From Phoronis australis (lineage: Eukaryota; Animalia; Phoronida): a stretch of DNA of 64,000 nucleotides. A program made the translations under genes and the position numbers. The notes beneath the pieces were generated by a model. The model was given only the letters and a program-made list of their open reading frames with translations. It did no database searches and was not told the DNA's origin. The DNA lies in contig NMRA01000010.1 in assembly GCA_002633005.1 (NCBI GenBank), positions 1,336,982 through 1,400,981 on the forward strand, read 5' to 3'. Positions 54,850 through 64,000 of this stretch are shown here, piece after piece. Each line of letters starts with the position of its first letter. The stretch's first letter is position 1.

Positions 54850-56885
54850 GTATGTTATTGTAGACAGTGTTCTAACACTGCATTACAAAGTCGTGTCGAT
54901 GGGTACTCTAAAGTATGCCACCAACTCAGGAAAAATGAATATTAACTATGAGCAGGCAAAAGCATCCGTGCAAAATAGAGCAAAGCGCAAGCAACGTACC
55001 ATTAACTGTGCCACCTGTTTTTAGGTCAGTATCCGTCAAAAGCTAAGTGATAGTTTCGACTACCTGTCGTAAATTATAAAACGGTTTCATTTTGCTTCAT
55101 TTAATTACTCGGATTAGAGACAATTCTTGGGCGGGAGAAAAGTGTTTAGCATGACGTCATTTATGACGTTTTGGACCCACTGCGGGTCCGAATTGCGTCA
55201 TCTACCGCCATGACAAGTCATCACTAAATATCCAAATTGTTTGAGAGAAGGCTCAAGAATGTTGATTGGTTCGTTTTACGCGCAGAGCATCAGCTCCTTC
55301 GTACTTTACCGGTATTCCGTTCAGATGTTATTTCCGGATGAGCCAACAGTCGTGAGTGCGCGTGCGTCAAGTTTGCGCCACCCGCATAAGTCATACCCGT
55401 GTCTGTTATACACCACAATCCTGATAAACCTGAGGACCGTGTTATCAAATCAAGTGTTATTTCATACTTAGTAATGTAGTTCCGATACGTCAATCAAGTT
55501 GATAATTCCACTCAATTAGGTCGCAGTAGCACGTAAACGAATATAGTCCGTGATCTTTGGCACCCATTAATCGTTATGGTTGTAAAATTAATGATTAATG
55601 TAGTTTTGCGAAATAACTACATGTATATTGCTTCAAGCGTATCTGTTTGAACCGATCAGAATTCCGCATGGATGAAGCTTCGTTATATGTCAATGGAATT
55701 GGCGTAACCTATGAGTGGGTTCAATGGCTTGACACCGTGGACTTTCAGCTGAGTGCAACAGCTTCTTTGCTTCCCGACACCTTTTGAAATGGCAACAGAT
55801 TGAGTGGAGTGCGATCAAAACACATTCTAGGGAACCTCCATACACATAAATTCCACCATATTGGCCATGCGCTTGGTGGGACTTGCGCTCGGAAACCATG
55901 GCCTAACACAGTCTGTACATGTAGGCTACGTATAGGAACTATCTAATGTCATTGGCCACTGAGTTGCTATTAAAGGCCACTTTCAGCTGCTTGACGCTAA
56001 CAATTTGCTGATGCAATTGACACGATTTTTATCACATATTATGTTGTATGAAGTGATTGGCGAACACCAATCTTAGTCAAATTAAAGTGTTTACCAGTTA
56101 ATTCTATGATTAATACTGAATTTGAACTATCGCAGTCTAACTTCAGACGCACAACAGTAAATTACAAGATGGATATTTTTCAAAGATTTTGTATCACCAA
56201 CGAAGCTTATTTCCTTTTCCCATGACAATTCGGCAACGGGCTTGAAAAGTAATTTCAATCAATTTTTTTTCTGCAATAATTTGAGAATGAATAATTGATC
56301 AATTTTACCCCTCCTTTTATTATACAAAAAGGCGCGGTCGTCAGCACAGTTTTAATGCACCAGTTGACAAGATTTAAACAGTTACAAATGTTCCTAAGAC
56401 GGCTATGGATTCATGTTACTTAAAAATATTAATTTATTAAAACAAAAGTATCAACACCAAATATCACCTGTCAAGGCCTTCGGGAGAGCCGATTTAGTGA
56501 ACTGTTGCCTTTGAATTTATAATATGTACATGCATGCAAGCATGCCTGCCTGTATGCATGTATGTATGTGTGTATGTATGTATGTATGGTCTAATGTAAT
56601 GTTGTTTACCAATTCACATGTCATATGGTCGAATGTCTTCATCCTCATTCTCGTGATAAGCGTTAAATTGGACACACGGTGTGTTCTCTCTCGCGACGAT
56701 TGTCCATGCACTTGCAGGGCGGGTCCATTCAAGATCACTTCGTACAACAACATGGCCGAAAAATAACTAGGCAAGAAATAGTAGACAATACCATCATTTT
56801 CTATGGTGAAAATGACACATTTCGGCTAAAGATTTTGGAATCGCTATTGGTCACGAAAAATATGTGTTGAATGAGCAGCTCAGAG

Positions 56886-57740
56886 GGAATTATTCTAAAA
56901 CACTCTCAATCCCCTCGACCCCCACAACCCACGATCCCCTCGACCAACGACCCCCTCGGTCCACAACCCCTCGGACCAGCGACTCCCTCGATACACGACC
57001 TGTAGCAATAGATGTATCTTTGCGCTTTTACCCATTTCATAATCATTACGTGGCCGAATGACTGTCCATAAGACTTAACTACACTCAAATATGCCCTGAC
57101 TCAAATCTGCTGGCTAAAAACAGAAAGGGACGTAAGAACATGATCTTAAATAGCGTCCTATCTTTGTCACGGAAATATTTGCACGAGCGTCACTTTCTAC
57201 AAAACTTTGGGGGAAGAGTACGTTAACATGAGAGGACATAATTTCACATATTTATCAATAGCTTTCTGTTGTATACTGCATGCAACTTTGAGATTGTTTT
57301 TAGTTAACAGCTTGTGTTTTTAAACTGTATTTACCAATGGAATTACATAATTGTCGGTTTCTCGTACTTTCCGAAAAAGTTTGAGTCTGCCATTCACTGA
57401 GGAGCAGACGAGACGATTACACTTTGGCGGGAACTTCATTTGTAACTTTGGTAGGTCTTTGATTTGATTTGGTAGCGTTGTGTTTTGTTTCTAGTTCTGG
57501 CTTTCAAACGTGCCGAATCGACTCTCTTAATTGCAAAAAAATAACAGGAAATGACCAGCCGAGGTCACGGCCCTACTCGTTGGTTCTGCAAGTCAGGGCT
57601 TGTTTCACTGCTCAGATCGAGCCGAGCTTGTGTAGATTTGAATTGGGTCGAGGGGGTTTTGGGCCATGGGACTAAGGGGTCATGGGTCGAGGGGGTCGTG
57701 GGGTGTGGGGGGGGGGGTCGAGGGAGTTTTAGGACAATCC
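56886..57740. mobile_element. Foldback MITE with GC-rich subterminal repeats
   Basis: Left ggaattattctaaaac plus (cccctcgacc)n, mirrored by (ggtcgagggg)n plus gttttaggacaatcc. Confidence 0.6.
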
Positions 57741-58200
57741 GGTCACAGGTGTCTACCGCACGCTCAGCCTGTTTCGATCGGCTTGTGGGCTTCCTAACGT
57801 GTGTTGCACTCATACTCTGCTTGTGTGCCACTGTTCCTACTGTCACGTGAATTTCACTGTTTATTTCGCAACGTGCATGTTCTTTCCATTTATTGCCTGA
57901 TGACGAGACATGCAATCCCGAAATATAACTTGTATATTAATTTGTTGGTTTGGTATGTCTCTCGGTGCTTTGCTACATAGTTGCACGCCTGAACAAAGGA
58001 GATCTGTGTTAGTCGCGTTTTCAACGAAGATTGTGTTAACGAAGGGCTTCTACCAAACTACACTGTATATGTATATGTATACGTATTTGTAAATGCATGT
58101 GCCCGAACACACAAATAGTTTGACAAAATTCAATGAGAATAACTTAGTTCGACTCGCAAATAATGAATGCCATGTTAACAACTGAGATGAAAATGTTTAG

Positions 58201-58342
58201 GTGTTGACCAATTATCTCGTCAAGCTAGAGGACCTACGCATCTTCATTTTGGTTTCTCGAGATATCAAGACAAATACGCAAAAGGCAAGAATAAATACTA
58301 CGGCCGACTGTACGAGGCTGCGTTAAAGAATTTACTAAAACG
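58201..58342 (+). CDS. Gene C exon homologous to gene B exon 3
   Basis: gtttag|GT...CG|gtaagc; GVDQLSRQARGPTHLHFGFSRYQDKYAKGKNKYYGRLYEAALKNLLK; 142 nt as in gene B; not in the ORF track. Confidence 0.9.
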
Positions 58343-59983
58343 GTAAGCGTAGTTCTAGCTCATTATGTTGATTACGAGGACAAGACAATTGAAACTTCTG
58401 ACCTTGCTTGGTGAAAACTAGAATTCGCCTCTAAAAAGTTTTTGTTCGAACGTTCTGTCATTGGACCAATAGGAAAACAACATATGATCATAAACGAACA
58501 TGTATATTTGAGCAATGAATCCTAGTCGGCACCGGTATTGTATACCGCCACCCCTGCAATTCTGTCAATTGGTATATGTACATGTAGTTTGTAAATGTGT
58601 TTAGTGCCTCAGGGGACTACGTGGCGGTTCTCAGACCTCATACATGTACGTGTGATAATGACCCAGTTGGAGGTGACTGAAAACAAAATATTGACCAAGT
58701 GTTTTAAGACATGATTACATCCAGTAAATAATCCGATGAAGGAAGATATGTTTGAGCTTTTGATGGCACGCCCGATCATCCGTAGGCTCAGTCAGCTACC
58801 CAAAACGTTGTGGGGAGTTTAAAAATACATTCACATGCTCGGAATGGACGAGGGAAAATCGATTTATTTATTGGTGAAAGATATCATGTTTTGCGGTCTT
58901 AAGTAGCGGTTAAGGACTGCAGCGTTACATTTTTGATAAAAACATGTAAGTTTATGTAATAGGTAAATTATATTCGATCATCAAAATTAAGCTGCACCTA
59001 GATACCCATCAGTATCGCCATTCTGAGTTTTAAAAATGCCGACTCAGCAATTTTACCGCTGCCACATAGCATTTCAAAATGGCCACCAGAGTCATGTCTA
59101 AGTATACTTTCAAAAGTGGATTTACTTGATTCTGTTGTTCTCCTCGACGAAACGTGACGTTGTTGATAAAACTGAGCTGCTTGCAGTTTAATCTAAAGAC
59201 ATTGTTTAATTTTCTTAAAACGCTCTAAATATAGGCCATATTTGATTTTTAAATGGCGTCCAAATCAAAGTGACTATCGGGTTTAGTACAAAACATTGTC
59301 ACTTTCTGATGAAAGCATGGAGTGGTAGTACATGCCAATGGCGATTTTGGCGTGCTTAACAAATTTTGACTGGTTACCCATCGCTGTCACCATGCAAACT
59401 AACCGCCATTTTGGATTTATTTCAGAAACGGTGGCACTGCACATTTGACATGGTATTTTTTGGTGTGGCATACCAATCTTTAACATTCAAGTCATAAATC
59501 CTATACAACAAAAAATTCCGCGAATATTTTTTATCGATGAAATGAGACCACACCCATGTTGGATTTTAAAATGGTTACCAGCATCTTATCACATTTGCTT
59601 TTATTTTTATTTCACAGAAAATAGACTTCAGTGTTAAAAGTCACATGAATGAATTTTGGAACAACGAATTCATTTTTTATTGAAATACACTGTGACATGT
59701 CTTTCATGGGGAATTTAAAATGACTGCCATAACAACCAAACCTAAGATGAATGATATAGTTTTTCCAGACTTTCAACATTCTTCTAAACTTTCTTAGTAT
59801 TCATTTCAAATTAGATAGCAACTCATCTATGAAGATCCTCGTTTGAAACACCAATATTATTTGTATGTAATTGACTTTAATTTTAACTTGGAGTCGATTT
59901 TACCTGACGCATGAACAAATAAGTAGACAATTTGTTAACCACTTAGAAGCAAGCAGCCGAAACCTACCGACGTGAGCATTTAA

Positions 59984-60385
59984 ATGTATCTGCATGCTCC
60001 TAGCCATGCTAATGTATAGCAGGAACTACACGACAATGCTATCTGAACATCATCTACTCCAAACAAAATGTAATTGTATTCATTAACAATTTTTAATGTG
60101 AAAACAAAATGTTTTCAACTACAATGTAGGTGACCTTCGCACTAATGATGTACCTTGGTGGCTCACATAACCCGCATCATGCAGTGTTATTCCCCAACAC
60201 ACGTCACGATACTTACTGGACACGCTTGAGTGATTTACGGCAGATTATTTTCAACACAAAAATCATTCTTAAAAACATTTGGCGATTTTCAACCTACTTC
60301 ACATTCACATCGTCGCTATATGCTGTGTTTCTAACTAATTTGGTCAAGTAATCAATGGATAAGGAATTTGCGCGTAAGTTCCACT
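59984..60385. mobile_element. Non-autonomous TTAA-targeting (Kolobok-like) repeat, copy 2
   Basis: Similar to 10869-11270; ends gttccact|ttaa. Confidence 0.6.
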
Positions 60386-63300
60386 TTAACCGCTGAAAAA
60401 TTCCATGTAGGTCATACGGCCAGTGTACGTTATAAAACTAATCACAGTCGAAGGCATCTCACTTTGTATCACTGTCCAATCATTGCTTTAATTATTTTTC
60501 ATGACATCACACAAAACCGAATGAGATGCCCTTCTGGCGATAGAAACATGCACTCAACCATTGGTCGATCAGAAAATTTTGGTGAACCAGAAAAGCCGGC
60601 GGACCCCTTTGAGGGAACAGCTAATGAAACTGGTATGCTAAGTCATATACATTTGAACCCAGTGAGCGACTTAAAATTCACCAGGTTGCACATGTGAGAA
60701 AACGCCACTGCTCATAGAAATGCGCACATTCACAAAGTCACGTATAGCCACAAACCAGCAGGCGCCCAGAGGCCGATTACCTGCACTCTACTCTCAATCA
60801 ATTCCACAAGGCGAATGTCAAGTATCCCGTTTAAAGCTTCAATGCAAAAAGATTTGCGCCGTTTGTGTTTCAGCAGGCATTGTTGAGTTGTACATTCTAG
60901 GAAAATTTCCGTGACAGTATATGTCATGAACGTGGTCACTACGGACAAAACGCCTATCCTCGCATTTTATTTTTTTGCTCGCACGCAGATGTTTTGACAC
61001 ATAGCGCACCATGCGCAGCTTATAATGAAAATAAAAATTAATTTTTAAATAATCTTTAGTGGCCTTTCGTGTCTCGCTTACCCCAATCTGCAACTTTTCT
61101 CGGTCAAGGACAAATTTAACATTTATTTGGTGTATTGCATACATTTTAAAGACAGAACATCAACATCGTGTATTTTAGGTACGTTGATATTCCTCCTTTT
61201 CAATAGGCGTTGGGAGCGAGGAAGCGGGAGGCAGGGGAGGCGAACGCTTCTTTAACCAAAATGTTGGGGGGGGGGGTAGATAAGTTTCCGCCCCCCATGT
61301 TCCGAGTGTGAATAAGTATCAATTAACGCTTCTTGACTAAAATTAATTTTGAAATCGTCTATTTAAAATATGGCTGAAAATGAGTATGAACAGCACACTA
61401 TCAAGTAGTGTACATGTATCAACAGACACATCATTTGTTCATTGGTGAAGCATGACACGGAAAATGTAACTTTTCCCTAAAGTTTTTTGAGAAGAGGCAT
61501 GCATGGGTTCAGTTTCCCGCCAGTTACTTCACAACTGACAGACGACACAAGGTGTCGCAGAAGTTTGAGTAAGTTGACTGTAGTTAATGAAACGCTGTTT
61601 TTGATTACCAAATAAGGCTAGGGAAGAATTATAATTATCGCCCGTGTTAACTTATGTACCGGGCTTAGCAATCTTGATGTTTTTCATTGATTACCAAATT
61701 GTTTCATCATTTTGCAAAAAGCCAATAATCGAGCAGATACATGTACTGTGGCGACACTTGTTTTTCTGTTTATGGCAGTCGCATTTTTTACTTTTGAGCC
61801 AATAATTAATTAATATTTAAAATTGTTTATTGATCCCTTGAAATGATTTGTGTACTTGGGACCTCATTACATCTAGCAAACGAATCTTCCAATTTGCTGC
61901 TCTATGTATAATATTGCCTGGCATCACTCGCCCTAGAATGTTAGCAGTTTGTTCATTATTTACAAAATTTGCAAATACACTTGCAAGGACGCGAGTCCTT
62001 CATCGTAGCACTGTTTTTATGTTTGGTCGAAACATCATACCTTGAAATGTGCCGAACAAAATGTGGCTTGTTTCTTAGCAACAGGTATACTAAAGGCTAT
62101 CAAATCTCTTAAGATGTATTAATAAAATTCTTCTTGAGACACAGGGTTATGGTGGCAATTCTAAAAGTGAACAGTTTGGCAAATCTAGTCATACAATGGT
62201 CGTTTATATCGACGAAATCCGTTTGGTTATGTCTTAGAATTAGAAGAAGGGAATGCTAGCTCCCGCGCGTGACCTATGCTTTCTAATCACATGCGATTCC
62301 TTGATTTCAGTGGACCAGCCGCGAGAGTTTGCACTGTGAATTTCTGGTTGTCCGATTTTTGTTCAATTGTTTTATGATCAACTCTAGCCTAATTTCAACG
62401 TTTCTTTTTCATTTTGTCATTTTTTTCATAATGGAATCATCAAACAACACTCTTGAGGCACGGCTCCAGAAAACCATCAATTTCTGGGCAAATTTTAATT
62501 TTAATTTGTCAACAAACCCGTCATTAGCACTGGCCATTCTTTACACGCACCGGCCCGCACATGTAGCCATGGGTGGATGCCTGGAATAATCTGGCCTATG
62601 ATATCTTTTCTGGAGAGCGTTGGGTCAATAGGAGCAAACTCTTAGCTTTTTTACTGCGGTGGTAACTAGAGTGCTCCTCACGACTCTTTGAAGCACCTCT
62701 CAATGTACTGCAACTTGTTTTCAATGACTATTAATTAAAACTGACAATACACGTGCCGTTGTACTCGGTCTTGCCCGCTAGGCGTGATAGAATTTGGCAT
62801 CTCTGTCCTACAGTTCTATGGCTTGTGTTCAACAAAAATTCCACCCTAAGCCTTATTTCAAAGCAAGAGGCATTAAGGAATGCAGCTACCTACGCTTGCG
62901 CGGCGCAACCACAATCGTGCTTGATCGAAGTTGGCATTCCATTCCTAGGGCCCTATGTTATAGACATGTATACGTTTTAATGGTAATGCTAATACGATTC
63001 CAAGCTGCGTATGAGCTTAGATTGTAGGCAAGGGATTCACAACTCCAATATTTTTACATGAAATTCTTAGAAAAGGCGCCACTTATGCTAGCCTATTTAA
63101 ACTCTGGCTTCGCATCTGCTTAAAAAGGCTTACATATCACGAATCTCGACATAACTCACAGGGATCATTGTGTATGTTGTATAGCCAATATATATTCAGA
63201 CTTATCAACCGCCCTTTCGAGCCAAGCTAATGAACAATGCCCAAATTTAAGTTGAAATTGTGATCGTCTTAGCTAAGATCAGGGTTACGATCTCTGATAA

Positions 63301-63783
63301 AACGAGACCCAGAACTTCAAATCACGCTAAATGGGGGTTCCTTTAGTCATGCTTTTTACGGAACGCAGCCAAGCTAATGAAACGGGTACTTCTAGGAGCT
63401 ATCAGACATTTTGTTACTTCCTTCCTCCCCCCACACTTTTCTAATCCCCGGTTATTCAGACGGCTGAGGAGTGGCCCCTGAGCTGCACATGGGGAGCGCC
63501 TCAGTGAAATAGACCTCTGCAGTTCGGGGCACCTTAATGGTTACAGACATGCAGCGTCTTTAATAAATTGTGAGTTCTGTTTCTTAAATCACCATCCGTG
63601 CCGGTTTCTTACCTCCTGTGACGTCTGATAGGGGGGTGGGGTTATAGATGTCATACAGAATATTGTTGTTATTCTGTTTGTTTTATAACGTCATTTCCTA
63701 CAGGCAGAGCCCTCTTTCTTGATAAGCAAAATGACCTCTGCGTTCCGATTGCAGGACGCCGGTACATATTTTATTTATTCCAG

Positions 63784-64000
63784 ACTTAAACTAAGGGGGC
63801 GAAAAGCTCGCAAGTTTATCTATCAGCTGAAGAGGTTTGGTATTCTTGTCTACTCCCACCTACATCTCGCCTGCCCCAAACAAGAGCGGCCTTTGTGCAA
63901 ACCGAATAGTCAGTACCGGACAGCTGATGGCTCGTGCAACAACCTACGAAAGCCCCGAGCCGGTCAAGCGCAAACCCCGTTTGCTAGATTCTTGTTCCCT
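63784..64000 (+). CDS. Gene C exon homologous to gene B exon 4 (truncated by window end)
   Basis: ttattccag|A; LKLRGRKARKFIYQLKRFGILVYSHLHLACPKQERPLCKPNSQYRTADGSCNNLRKPRAGQAQTPFARFLFP. Confidence 0.93.

Noticed and set aside
56679-56870. Exon-like stretch after ttgcag within a gene C intron
   Set aside because: The flanking gene C exons already join in phase and match gene B without it; no homology to gene B.

Overview
Eukaryotic, AT-rich, intron-rich animal genomic DNA, probably an invertebrate; the taxon cannot be fixed from the sequence. Most entries in the ORF track are spurious. The window holds a head-to-tail cluster of three paralogous animal heme peroxidase genes (peroxidase-cyclooxygenase superfamily, peroxinectin/chorion-peroxidase-like), all on the + strand. 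Gene A is represented only by its last exon (545-680). Gene B is complete: 16 coding exons assembled by hand through phase-compatible GT-AG junctions (6016-34268, 2298 nt, 765 aa), with a signal peptide and all catalytic residues. Gene C shows three 5' exons (54683-64000) and runs off the window. Gene B has both Cys of a conserved N-terminal disulfide replaced by Tyr, and an exon encoding a strongly Lys-rich loop. Gene A ends in a His/Tyr/Arg-rich tail. Introns and spacers contain a decayed Sola3-like transposon (TTAA TSD), a decayed hAT element with a 5-bp TSD plus related MITEs, a Helentron/HINE-like higher-order repeat, LINE and SINE remnants, foldback MITEs and minisatellites. A 731-bp duplication flanking an 80-N gap copies exon 3 of gene B and is probably an assembly artefact. 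All family assignments come from recognising motifs by eye; no database search was run.
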